From positions 800,001 through 864,000 of the forward strand of contig OX638351.1 of assembly GCA_951813565.1 (NCBI GenBank): a DNA stretch of 64,000 bases, given 5' to 3'. The position numbers and the translations under genes are program-made. The notes beneath the pieces are model-generated. The model was not told where the DNA came from, made no database searches, and saw nothing but the letters and a program-made list of their open reading frames with translations. Positions 19,658 to 29,533 of the stretch are shown one piece after another. This DNA comes from an uncultured Poribacteria bacterium. GTDB lineage: Bacteria > Poribacteria > WGA-4E > WGA-3G. How positions within the stretch are numbered: the stretch's first letter is position 1; the number at the start of each line of letters is the position of its first letter.

Positions 19658-22600
19658 TCATTCCTTCGGCAATGGCGGCAGCTGATGGGACACACGTCGG
19701 GTGTTGTATTCAAGACGATACCGCTGATGTGCTTCGTCATCCGGATAATGTTCAGTTTTTGGATAAGGATAAGTGGACATCCCGTGAAACGGCAGCGGTT
19801 CAACCGTCTGCGATGTGAGCGTGTTTATGTCGCCATCTTTGTCCCACCCGTCGCTATAGAGAATAAAGTCCCGAATCCAACCTGATTTTAGCGGAGGCAA
19901 TCGCGCTGCGTCAAATTCAACCGTGATTTCATCTCCTGCATTGAGAATAACGTACATATCATCAACTGCTTGTAATAAGGGGTTGACATCGCCGTAGCGG
20001 GTGTAAAATCCCGCCAAGTCCCGCCACTGTGGTGATGTTGTTACTTTCTGATAGTCAAACAGATGTGGTGCGTGCGGATTCGGACGGGACATCTCCGAAA
20101 AGCCTCGGTAGTGCAAGTCAGCACTGTCGGGATTTAATTCTGTTATTTTCATAGGAACATTCTGCTCGCCCACTGTAAAAAACACAGCATCCCAATAAAT
20201 TTGCATATCTGTTTCAATCCGAACGTGTCGGTCATTTGACAGAAATTTGCCGGTCAGATCAATAGTGATAGTCTTATTTTTTCCTGCGGGTATGCCAATC
20301 ATATCAATAACGGTTTTCCACTCTCCAGTTTCGTCCTTCACAGCAACCGAAGGAAAACGGGGAGCGATGGCAGGATTTTGGGATAGCGCAACGTTGATGC
20401 TGGTATCCGTAGGAAAAATCCATCCGTTGAGGAAAAGCGTCACAGATGCATCATCAGGAACATTACTAAGGTTAAGGATAATAGCATGCGGTTCCACAAC
20501 GCCTTGGTAGGGACCGGGTGCGTGTTCAATGGCGTAATGATAATCCGCCTCTTTTAGTGCATCAGATACATCTTCACCTTTATGATTTACAGCAGATTGC
20601 GGATATAATTTCTCCGCAACACCATATATCTTGAACTCCGCAAACGGGGGTGGCGTGTACTGTTCATTTACGAAAATATCGGTATCTGCTGGATGGTCAA
20701 CGGCTATGAGTTTGACCATATCAAAATAAGCGGTTTCCCACAACTCCTCTGTTATCTGAATAGAATATTTGCCAGATTTGGGTTGTATCTGAGATGCCGA
20801 TATTTTTACAAAATCCCTCGTCTCATCGGGTGCGACAAACCCCATAGCGGTGACGAGTCCGAGTGGAGCACGCCAGAGCAGATCAGTAACAAATTGGTAT
20901 TTCTCACCATTATAGACATATAGGAACGGACAAGAACCTTTCAAAACCTGTTTTTCCGAAATCCGTTGTTTTGCTTTCGGTTCAATAACGTTCTGCGGAA
21001 CGCCATTTGTCCATACAACACGCACAACATCGGCTGCATCATAGGCTCCTAATCCGAAATGCGCTACCTGTTGAGACATATATTGCAGCTGATATAGGTC
21101 ACTGACTTTCACCTCTAATTTTGAACCGATTCCATTCCTATTCACTTTGTTGTTTCCTGTTATGATACCTTCTAACCGCACCTGTATCCAGTTGTTTTGG
21201 TTTCCACCACTGTTTTGCAATACGCGCAATTGTCCCTTGTCATTGATAAAGAATAGGTCTAAATCACCATCGTTATCATAATCACCTACGGCGCCCGCGA
21301 CACCTTTTTCCATCGGTATAGTGGTTTTTATGATGGAACTGGTTTCGGTGAAGTGACCGGTCCCATCGTTCCGAAATAGAGATAACCCCTGTTTGCTGAT
21401 AAGCCATAAATCAAAAAACCCATCATTATCGTAATCAAGACTTCTTAATATAGTTTGCGAATCGTCATATCTTTTCTCAGCAATCTGTTTTGAGCGTGTA
21501 TCAGCAACAAAAGTGCCATTACCTCTATTTAGATAGAGATGAATACCCGTCGCTGCGGCTAAAAATAGGTCAATGTCGCCATCGTTATCATAATCGCCTG
21601 CTGCAGCTGATGTATAATGAACATCTTGAGAAATTTCAGTTTCGTTGGAGATTGCTCGAAGTTTTCCTTGACGAAGATTATCGTATAGTGTGCATCCTGT
21701 TTTGCTATGCGTGACAAGTATATCAATATCGCCATCATCGTCAAAATCGGCAGCGAGAGCAGCAGTAGGAGTTTGTTGTGTTCGTGTGTCTTTAGTTACA
21801 AAGGTTTGATCACCTACATCAGTGAACTTCCCATCGCCATTATTCCGATACATCGTGATGCCAGATTGTCCGGAAAAGAGATCAAGGTCACCGTCATGAT
21901 CATAGTCAACAGGGAGAAGAATTCCTGTCTCGCCTTCTGTTTGTTCATGTTGGATTATAGGAGACGTTACCCAATTGCCGTCTACATCCATTTGCAGGTG
22001 TGTAAGTCCTTCTTGTGTTTGCAATAGGATATCTTGTGTTCCGTCTTTATTCAGGTCAGCATACGCAGCAGTGTGTAGTTTCAAAGGGGTTTGCTCTACG
22101 ATTTCTTGAAATTGTTGGATAAGCACAAACTTTCCATCTGTGTTCCTAAATAGCATTCCCGGCGATGAGGTGTAAATATCTATATTTCCATCGTTATCAT
22201 AATCAAACAATGAAACAGTAGTATTTTTTATCGGTTGACCTTGTTTATTGCTAAGTCCAAGTTGTTCGGTAACGTTCACAAATTTCACGTTTATTGGTGG
22301 ACTCTGTTTTGCAGCGATCCGTGCTTTAAATCCTGGACGAAACGTCTCTATCGGATGCCCAAGGATGTTGGTTACTAATTCACTGATACCTTGTTGGTAG
22401 CGCGGGCTTGCCAGATGCACGTTCTCAAAAAAACGGATATTTCGTGAGGCAACTTTTAGGTCGTTTTTCTTTATTGCATCTATCCCTCGTGTTAGGAACA
22501 CCAACTTTTCAGCATCGGTATCTCCTAAAAGGATCATCAAGTCTTGACAAAGTTTTCCAGCATCTTTAAGTTTTTCTTGCCCAAGCAGTGCTTGTGTCAA

Positions 22601-23158
22601 CTTCAGTAGGACTACAACATTTACGGGTGACCGAAAATGAAGTTCTTGTAAGTGTAACGTTGCCTCTCGCTGTGCTTCAGCGTTTTTTCGTTGTGCCAGA
22701 TAGTAGCGAACAAGTTTATACCGAAATTCTAATTCATCGGGTGCTAAACGGACTGCTTCTTTTATTGCCTCTATTGCTTGCGCAGTTTGCCCTTTTACCT
22801 GATAGACTTCGGATAAAATGAAATGTAGCTGGCTATCCATCGGAGCAACAGCAATGCCGCGTTTAACCCATTCTTCTGCAGCGTCCGCTTGCTGTAACCG
22901 CAGATGTGCAACAGCGAGATTACCGTAGCCAATTGCCTCATGCGGAAGCAGCTCAACAAGCGTGGTAAAAGCGGTAACTGCTTTAGCGGGTTGTGACTCT
23001 TCGAGATATGCCAACCCAAGATTCTGATGTCGGATTGCCTCTTGAATAGGCTTTGCGTTGTCTGTTTCTTGCGCAATCACACATAAAGCAGCAAAAAGAA
23101 AAGTCGCGAATATAAGGTGAGTTATGATTTTCATTGAATAAAATAAACGGAATAACAT
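19658..23158 (-). CDS. Secreted TPR + FG-GAP/VCBS repeat + ASPIC/UnbV (CRTAC1-like) protein
   Basis: Signal peptide, N-terminal TPRs, many 'DYDNDGDxDL' repeats, 'NRNGIGSKLEV...AHFGLG', 'GSCPFLY' C-terminal domain. Confidence 0.88.
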   Translation of the reverse strand: MLFRLFYSMKIITHLIFATFLFAALCVIAQETDNAKPIQEAIRHQNLGLAYLEESQPAKAVTAFTTLVELLPHEAIGYGNLAVAHLRLQQADAAEEWVKRGIAVAPMDSQLHFILSEVYQVKGQTAQAIEAIKEAVRLAPDELEFRYKLVRYYLAQRKNAEAQREATLHLQELHFRSPVNVVVLLKLTQALLGQEKLKDAGKLCQDLMILLGDTDAEKLVFLTRGIDAIKKNDLKVASRNIRFFENVHLASPRYQQGISELVTNILGHPIETFRPGFKARIAAKQSPPINVKFVNVTEQLGLSNKQGQPIKNTTVSLFDYDNDGNIDIYTSSPGMLFRNTDGKFVLIQQFQEIVEQTPLKLHTAAYADLNKDGTQDILLQTQEGLTHLQMDVDGNWVTSPIIQHEQTEGETGILLPVDYDHDGDLDLFSGQSGITMYRNNGDGKFTDVGDQTFVTKDTRTQQTPTAALAADFDDDGDIDILVTHSKTGCTLYDNLRQGKLRAISNETEISQDVHYTSAAAGDYDNDGDIDLFLAAATGIHLYLNRGNGTFVADTRSKQIAEKRYDDSQTILRSLDYDNDGFFDLWLISKQGLSLFRNDGTGHFTETSSIIKTTIPMEKGVAGAVGDYDNDGDLDLFFINDKGQLRVLQNSGGNQNNWIQVRLEGIITGNNKVNRNGIGSKLEVKVSDLYQLQYMSQQVAHFGLGAYDAADVVRVVWTNGVPQNVIEPKAKQRISEKQVLKGSCPFLYVYNGEKYQFVTDLLWRAPLGLVTAMGFVAPDETRDFVKISASQIQPKSGKYSIQITEELWETAYFDMVKLIAVDHPADTDIFVNEQYTPPPFAEFKIYGVAEKLYPQSAVNHKGEDVSDALKEADYHYAIEHAPGPYQGVVEPHAIILNLSNVPDDASVTLFLNGWIFPTDTSINVALSQNPAIAPRFPSVAVKDETGEWKTVIDMIGIPAGKNKTITIDLTGKFLSNDRHVRIETDMQIYWDAVFFTVGEQNVPMKITELNPDSADLHYRGFSEMSRPNPHAPHLFDYQKVTTSPQWRDLAGFYTRYGDVNPLLQAVDDMYVILNAGDEITVEFDAARLPPLKSGWIRDFILYSDGWDKDGDINTLTSQTVEPLPFHGMSTYPYPKTEHYPDDEAHQRYRLEYNTRRVSHQLPPLPKE

Positions 23159-23164
23159 TGTTGA

Positions 23165-23446
23165 TTATGTCTTTTCTTTTGGATTCTCTGCCTCTGGCTC
23201 TTGGAAAGAAGCAGCCGATTCCTGAATTGCTTGCTTTAGTGCTTTTAATCGCACCTCCAATGAATCCTCAAGTTGTTTAAGGTGTAGTAGCCATGACTCT
23301 TTGGATTGACCTTCCTCATTACCAAACCCGTCAGTCATTGAAAGTCGGATATATTTTAGTCGTTCTGATTGCAGAACTGTCAGTTGTGCGTCATAGTCTG
23401 AAATTCCTGATTCCAGTAATTTTGCAAGTTCTCGTATCTGTTCCAT
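23165..23446 (-). CDS. Hypothetical coiled-coil protein
   Basis: 93-aa ORF with a GAGG RBS, co-oriented and adjacent to the next gene. Confidence 0.65.
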   Translation of the reverse strand: MEQIRELAKLLESGISDYDAQLTVLQSERLKYIRLSMTDGFGNEEGQSKESWLLHLKQLEDSLEVRLKALKQAIQESAASFQEPEAENPKEKT

Positions 23447-23575
23447 ATTTGTTCCTCTATTCGTAAAAATTTAAGTCTATTTTCTCATATTTTGTGCCTG
23501 CAGGCAAGTGAATTTAAGTGGGCGATATGTTGAATTGCACAGAATAGAACAAAATCGTATATGCCTTAAAATAAA

Positions 23576-23621
23576 AAGCGCTCAATGCAAGCGTAATACT
23601 GAACACAAGCATTGAGCGCTT
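23576..23621 (-). terminator. Probable intrinsic terminator
   Basis: aagcgctcaatgc...gcattgagcgctt stem with an A-run on the plus strand (U-run on minus). Confidence 0.6.
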
Positions 23622-23634
23622 AATTTAAAATAGA

Positions 23635-24243
23635 TTATTCTGTGAGAGTTATGACACCGCAACTAACTTGCGTGCCATCTGCTAAATCACCAGATCCAAC
23701 CTGTTCGTGGATGACTAATACTTTACCGACTATACCGGTTTCTGAATTACTGTCAATAGTGACATCTGTGAGATAACTATGGTTCGTCGTGCCATCTTCA
23801 TCAGTTGTAAAAGGATAGGAATCAAAACCTTCAACATCCCAGATGTTACCAGGTGTGTCGCAACTGTCGCCAGAATAGATATATGCTGCGTACTTGCGGA
23901 CGGTCCCTGCATTTTGAATCTCGACATCAAAGTTACGAATTGTAGATGATCCCGAGTCTTCCGTATCTGATCCTACATATTCCGTGAAAGTTGCTGTGCC
24001 AGTAATCCCACTTCCATTCTTTTCCTGGAGTGTTACCGTAACTGTTTGATTAAGATCAAGTAACCCTTCGTCAAAAGCTTCAAGCAACTCTGTTGAAAAA
24101 CGTGTTGATGAACCTGAACCGTTTTCACAACCTATAATGAAACAACACGCTGCAAAGATTAGAATAGTTAACGTGCACAACATCTTATTTTTTAACGTAA
24201 AAACGTTTTGTGTGCCGATAAAGGTCGCTAAATTTTTGTACAT
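23635..24243 (-). CDS. Lipoprotein with a Cu/Zn-SOD-like fold lacking most His ligands
   Basis: Lipobox 'IIGC'; 'GSGITGTATFTE', 'YAAYIYSGDSC', 'IVGKVLVIHE', 'VSCGVI'. ATG at 24243 after GAGAGG. Confidence 0.6.
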   Translation of the reverse strand: MYKNLATFIGTQNVFTLKNKMLCTLTILIFAACCFIIGCENGSGSSTRFSTELLEAFDEGLLDLNQTVTVTLQEKNGSGITGTATFTEYVGSDTEDSGSSTIRNFDVEIQNAGTVRKYAAYIYSGDSCDTPGNIWDVEGFDSYPFTTDEDGTTNHSYLTDVTIDSNSETGIVGKVLVIHEQVGSGDLADGTQVSCGVITLTE

Positions 24244-24515
24244 TTGAAATTTTCCTCTCTTACGCCAGAATTTGGCGGTTTTGGTTAATTTGTCTCCGTT
24301 TTGGAGACTTAGTGTATTCAATAAAAGAGATATGCCCTTGCATCTGGTTCTCCAAATAAAATCTGGTAAACTTCTGGTGCCCTATGAGTTTATGAACCGA
24401 AAACATAGGGCATATCTCATATCCTCGTACAACGAGGATGCTCTTTGAGTTATACTCAACTTCTTATACGGTGGATTCTTTCTCTACACGCGTCCACCTG
24501 TCGCGAGGCTTGTAA

Positions 24516-24702
24516 TACCAATTCAAAAAAAATATTGTTTCATAATCGGACTGAACCATTATTGTTTATTGAAATATCTTTTTTCTGTAGGAGCGACCTC
24601 CTGGTCGCGACCCGCCAAATGCCATACGCACATTTGGCGTTGATTCGAGATCGCTCCTACAAGAACATCTCAATAATGGCGTCTTATTTAATAGAAATGG
24701 TA
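24516..24702. mobile_element. MITE-like element (TACCA...TGGTA ends, TAA duplication) enclosing a REP pair
   Basis: taa|taccaattc ... gaaatggta|taa; inside, gtaggagcgacctcctggtcgcga...gatcgctcctac. Confidence 0.55.
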
Positions 24703-24767
24703 TAAGTCTTTACTAAATATGTACGCAATTCACTTGTAAATGCTAAATCCGTAAGCGCGATTACGGA

Positions 24768-27700
24768 TTATTTTGGTGCTTTAGTCAAAGAAGTCCGTGA
24801 AGAATCTTCAAGTCCAATAAGCTGCAAACCGCTGTTTTCGGTGCCGACATAAAGGACGCCATCTGCGACAGCGATAGAGGTAGCATCGTCTGGAATTTCT
24901 GGCGTTATCCGTTCCCAAGTGCTATTGGCACTTGTCAATCGATAAACTCCTCCTTGCACATTTTTTGAAGAACTCACGGCGTACAATATCGTTCCATCCA
25001 TAACAAAACGATCGATCATCAGTTTTTGTCCATCCGAATCAGTGATGATGTTCCATTCAGTGCCATTGCTTGAGGAAAAAGCGCCTTTGTCAGTTGCCAC
25101 GTAAACAGTTTTGTCGGTAATGAGAATTTGTTTGAAAGAATTAACAGGAATCGGTAATGGGACGGTTTTCCAATTGCGCCCTCTATCAACAGAGTGAAGT
25201 AGGGCACCATCAGGCTTGCCAACATAGACAGTGTTCCCAGAAACGCCTAACTTGAAACTAATAGGAGCAGTAAGGTCTGCAATGTCGCGAGTATCTTCGA
25301 TCTTGGTATCATGCCAACCTGTCCCGTTGTTTACTTGAGATGAAGGGTTCCATATTAGAAGTTTCCGTCTGTGCTCAACATAGAATGTATTCCCGCTCAC
25401 AGCAAATGCACCCCAGATATCTGCTCCCATGCTGAGGAATTTTCCTCGCAAACTACTGGCATTTTTTTCATTAGCCTCCTGAACTGCCTTCATAAATTCT
25501 GCTATGAGATCCCTTTCACCAAAGGCAGGAATACCTTGGACCGGGATAAGCGCCCCATTTTGTTCGTCTAAACGGAAAAACTTTAGTTGGAATACTATGT
25601 GTCCCTTTGCGTAAAGAATTCCGTCGGCTTCGACTATTTGCCGTATTTTTGCTATTTGTTGTGCTATTGCCTTGGACATCGTCATTTTCTTGTTAAAGAA
25701 AGTCATACCTGTCTCATCTGCATTCACAGGAATTGCTTTCCATGACTGCCCACCGTTGGTTAATGTAATAAGCTTTTCATCTGCTACTGCGTAGAGTTTA
25801 TTATTAAAGACAGTTAGATTTTGTATTTTGCCACCCAATCCGGTGTTAAATCGCTTCCACGAATCACCGCCATCGGTTGACCGGCGGATTCCGTTATTAT
25901 CCCCTATGTAAAATTGGGACTTGACATCTGTGAATTGTTGTTGATGAGAGGATTCATCGCTATTTTGGACTTTCAAAGCAGCAACAACACTCAGGCCTGA
26001 AAACCTTTTGTAAGGTGCTGCTTTATCAACAAGTATCCATGTTTTCCCTTCATCCGTTGAACGCAAAATGTCCTCGGAACCTATTAACACCACCGTTTTT
26101 CCTGCAGCAACAATCCTGAGAGTTGCATATATTTCACCTTTTTGAAAAAAGTTTTTTGGTGTAATATCTGTCCACGAGTTACCTTGATCCGTTGATCTAA
26201 AAACTGCCCATAATAAAGACTGCTCACTTAGAAGTGTCTTCGCCGTAGCCGCAATATCCATAAAATTCATATCAGCCGGAATTTTGCGATTTCCTGCAAG
26301 AACATAAAGACGTTGTCCTGCCACTGCGAATGCGTGAATGGATTTAGATTCCGCTATCGGTAGTTTTTCCCACACACCTGATCTATCAAGACCATCCTCC
26401 GAACTCGGTTCCAGATTGCAGCGGAAGAGTCCTCTATTAGTTCCAGCAAATAGTGCGTTTTCATGGGACGCTAACGTATAGATTCTTCTCCTTGCCAAAC
26501 CTTTGTTTAGAGGTGTCCAAGAGACTCCTACATCATCAGAGAAGAATATCCCTTGTAATAGGGCGAGATAGAACTCAGTAGCACCTTGTGCATTATTCTT
26601 TACGATCAGGTTCATGGCCCGTCCTTTCGGACGGGGACCTAGAGATTCCCACGTTTCACCTTTGTTTTTTGAAGCGAGGACTGCCTCATCATTCACAATG
26701 TAGAGGGTCCCATCTTGCTCAGCAGCTATCGGCATATTGTGGTGCGTAATAGGGAGATTACTGTTGATTAAGTGCCACCGTTTGTTAGCAGTTGTCAATC
26801 GATAAAGTCCTATTGGAGTAACTGCATAAAGATCGTTTGTTTTCGTGGCAAATAGCGTAGATATTTTTACCGGATCAGGACTGTCGAGTTGAGTCCACCG
26901 TTCCGTTGAGAGTGGCACCTCTGTTTCAAGTGTTTGGAAAACATTGGTAAAGTTTACGTTTTGAGATGTATCCGCTTTTTCTCCAGTGCCTTGACTTTTA
27001 CTGGGAATATCAGTGGTTCCGAGTTGATTACGCTGATCAGGTTTTATTTTTCGGATAACACTAATAGGCGTATCAACGATTTCAACCGTTAACATTGATT
27101 CAGCATTGAGATCATACGGTTGGAAAGAGAGGGAAAGATGTTGGACTCCAATACCTATTAATAATAGAACTAAAATAGCAGAGGCAGCAGAAACCACCCA
27201 CGGTAAAAAAGGCTTGCTGCCTGAAGGAACAAGTGGAGTAATGCGTGCAATTTCCTTCATAATGTCCTGCGTCAATTGCGTTGGAAGTTGGAAGCTGCTG
27301 AGGTTTTCTTGTATTATCGTTTCTTCTTTCCTTAAACGGTTGCGTGCGCGGCTGAGTCGGCTTTTAATCGTATTCGGGGAAACACCGAGCATCTTGCTAA
27401 TCGTCTCACAGGTCATTTCACCGAGATAATGGAGTGCCATGACTGTGCGTTCGCTTTCGGGCAGTTTTTGGAGCAGCTTTTGAACAACTTCGCGACGGGC
27501 TTCAGCCGTTTCAGCATCTCTTTTTTCTACTATATATTGTGAACATGACACTTGATCAATCTCCGCCACGTCAGTAGTTTCTAAAGATTGAATCGGAAGC
27601 TTCTTCTTCCGATGCCATTCTGTGCATAGGTGAGACGCAATCACATATACCCATCCCGGGAACAAGCTGTGGTCTTTCAAAGTTCTGAGCCTTTCATACG

Positions 27701-27866
27701 CTCTGAGAAAAGCATCTTGCGTAATTTCTTGCGCGATGTGAAAATCTCCAATTTTACGCCACGCAAGCGCGTGAATTCCCTTTTGGTATTTTTCAACGAG
27801 AGCAGTAAATGCCGTTTGATCGCCGTCTAATGTCCGATGAATCAGTTCGGAATCGTTATTTTGCAT
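24768..27866 (-). CDS. ECF sigma-70 factor fused via a transmembrane helix to a BNR/Asp-box beta-propeller
   Basis: Sigma regions 2 and 4 homologous to the 5450 gene; TM 'PWVVSAASAILVLLLIGIG'; repeated 'RSTDxGxSW' motifs. Confidence 0.88.
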   Translation of the reverse strand: MQNNDSELIHRTLDGDQTAFTALVEKYQKGIHALAWRKIGDFHIAQEITQDAFLRAYERLRTLKDHSLFPGWVYVIASHLCTEWHRKKKLPIQSLETTDVAEIDQVSCSQYIVEKRDAETAEARREVVQKLLQKLPESERTVMALHYLGEMTCETISKMLGVSPNTIKSRLSRARNRLRKEETIIQENLSSFQLPTQLTQDIMKEIARITPLVPSGSKPFLPWVVSAASAILVLLLIGIGVQHLSLSFQPYDLNAESMLTVEIVDTPISVIRKIKPDQRNQLGTTDIPSKSQGTGEKADTSQNVNFTNVFQTLETEVPLSTERWTQLDSPDPVKISTLFATKTNDLYAVTPIGLYRLTTANKRWHLINSNLPITHHNMPIAAEQDGTLYIVNDEAVLASKNKGETWESLGPRPKGRAMNLIVKNNAQGATEFYLALLQGIFFSDDVGVSWTPLNKGLARRRIYTLASHENALFAGTNRGLFRCNLEPSSEDGLDRSGVWEKLPIAESKSIHAFAVAGQRLYVLAGNRKIPADMNFMDIAATAKTLLSEQSLLWAVFRSTDQGNSWTDITPKNFFQKGEIYATLRIVAAGKTVVLIGSEDILRSTDEGKTWILVDKAAPYKRFSGLSVVAALKVQNSDESSHQQQFTDVKSQFYIGDNNGIRRSTDGGDSWKRFNTGLGGKIQNLTVFNNKLYAVADEKLITLTNGGQSWKAIPVNADETGMTFFNKKMTMSKAIAQQIAKIRQIVEADGILYAKGHIVFQLKFFRLDEQNGALIPVQGIPAFGERDLIAEFMKAVQEANEKNASSLRGKFLSMGADIWGAFAVSGNTFYVEHRRKLLIWNPSSQVNNGTGWHDTKIEDTRDIADLTAPISFKLGVSGNTVYVGKPDGALLHSVDRGRNWKTVPLPIPVNSFKQILITDKTVYVATDKGAFSSSNGTEWNIITDSDGQKLMIDRFVMDGTILYAVSSSKNVQGGVYRLTSANSTWERITPEIPDDATSIAVADGVLYVGTENSGLQLIGLEDSSRTSLTKAPK

Positions 27867-27905
27867 AAAAAGCACTCCAGAGTAGTACCACTACTTAATT
27901 TAAGT

Positions 27906-27933
27906 GACGATTTTTAAATTGAAAAAGGTTGCA
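27906..27933 (-). promoter_or_regulatory. Putative ECF autoregulatory promoter TGCAAC-N18-CGTC
   Basis: Minus strand reads aataaTGCAACctttttcaatttaaaaatCGTCac about 40 nt before the sigma start; fits the AAC/CGT ECF consensus. Confidence 0.65.
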
Positions 27934-28123
27934 TTATTTTATGGATTTTATAGCAAATCCATAAATTTTGCCACCAAAGAGTAACATGTGATTTGTGAAA
28001 TTGTTTGTAAGAACTTAAGTTGCTTTCGGGTTTGGACCCAAGTTTGTGGTTTAGACGTTTAAATTGCAGAGGAATTTATCTTTAAATAAATTTGGCATAA
28101 GAAAAATAGATGGAGTTTATAAA

Positions 28124-28546
28124 ATGAAATTGAAAGCACTCGGTCTTATCAGTTTTGTAGTGTTTATGTTAGGGAATGTTATGGTTGCAGAGGGATCTTC
28201 TGGGATAGATCATCGCGATATCTTTGTTGGTGCAAGTGCGCGAGCAGTCGGTATGGGAAGTGCCTTCACTGCTGGTCCTTCCGCAAATAACGGTTTTTTA
28301 TGGAATCCTTCCTCACTTGGATTTATGAATGGATTAGAAGTGAACATGGGCGGGATTCCGTTTTCGGGTGAACCGTCAGGTCCGGATCAGGCGTTCTCGT
28401 TAGCGGCGAGCCCAAATACGTTGGGTTTAACCGATAAAAATGTTGGGAACCTATCTGTAGCGTCTTGGTTCAATGGTTGGAACAATAATAACAATGAGTC
28501 AACTCAGATAGTGCTTTTAGGATATGGCTTGGCATTAGGTGAATAG
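28124..28546 (+). pseudogene. N-terminal fragment of a PorV/PorQ-like outer-membrane protein
   Basis: Signal peptide, then 'VGASARAVGMGSAFTA...FLWNPSSLG', matching 'IGPGARVDSLGGAFGA...IYWNPAGLS' of 52428..53573; stops after about 140 aa. Confidence 0.65.
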
Positions 28547-29471
28547 GCGTATTCACTGATGGGTGCGTTTCACCGACTGGAATACGCTGCAGGTGTCTAT
28601 AACTTGCAGGTGCAAGCGTGGAACAAACATGCAACTTCACAGACACTTGATGAGAAAACTGTCACGGATCCTGTCAAACCCGGTTTTACAACGATAGGTT
28701 GTTTTAATCATTGTGGTGATTTCTTTAACACATTTAGCGATGCTGAAAGTAGTCATAAGGAACCCTGTGGCACTGCAAGGAATGTAGATGAAATGGTAGC
28801 AGATCAATATTGGAATGAGATGTTAGCTGCTTTTGAACCCAATGAAGGACAGATCCTTGCAGGCCGTAACGTTTTAGCGGGTTGTGGTCGTCACTACTAT
28901 GATTGTCCCAGTGTGTCCGATACCGAACATGAGCCACAAACCTGCTCGGTGAGTGGATGCACGGTTCAGTATCGCAACTGTTTAAGGCATACAAAGGATC
29001 ATAGTAATCATTCTGGCGAAGAAGGTAGCACGGAAGAGCAATACGTTGCGCCGGATCCAGCACCTACACCAACGCTGTCCTACCACACGTGCGGTGTTCA
29101 TGAGACGTGGCAATCGGGGATCATTCTGCTGCGAGTTGTGGCACTTCTGGTCACTATGTATGTGATGGCTCAGATCATTCATTGCAAGCGAGTTGTTTAG
29201 TGACCAATGCCAATGGCGATTATTGCACGGTGACGAGTTTCTATGCTTGTCAATATCATACGCATGTGTATCCTGCACCGCCGCCTACTCCATCTGCGAC
29301 CTGTGCGAATGGACATTCTTACGACCCAGATAATCGTCCTGAAAATAATCAGCATCGGACCCGCACGTGCCAACACTGTTCACAGACGTGGGAAGTGTGC
29401 TGAACGGGCAAACCGCTGTGTAACGAACCAACTCGCAGAGAGAATGGTTGGAGCTGTCGGGCAATAGAGTA
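28547..29471 (+). pseudogene. Fragment of a Cys/His-rich repeat protein with a frameshift and an internal stop
   Basis: Cys/His-rich text shifts frame at a G-run near 29116-29119 ('WQSG'/'DHSAASCG') and continues past TGA 29401-29403 ('WEVC*TGKPLC'). Confidence 0.6.
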
Positions 29472-29496
29472 GCGTCACACCTTACACCCTTATACA

Positions 29497-29533
29497 GGCA
29501 GGTATCCTTATGGGTATCTGCCTATTTCTTTTT
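29497..29533. terminator. Probable terminator between convergent genes
   Basis: aggcaggtatcc-ttat-gggtatctgcct followed by a T-rich tail. Confidence 0.55.

Noticed and set aside
29401..29403. Selenocysteine TGA in the Cys-rich ORF
   Set aside because: The same gene has a frameshift and no proper start, and no convincing SECIS was seen; decay is simpler.
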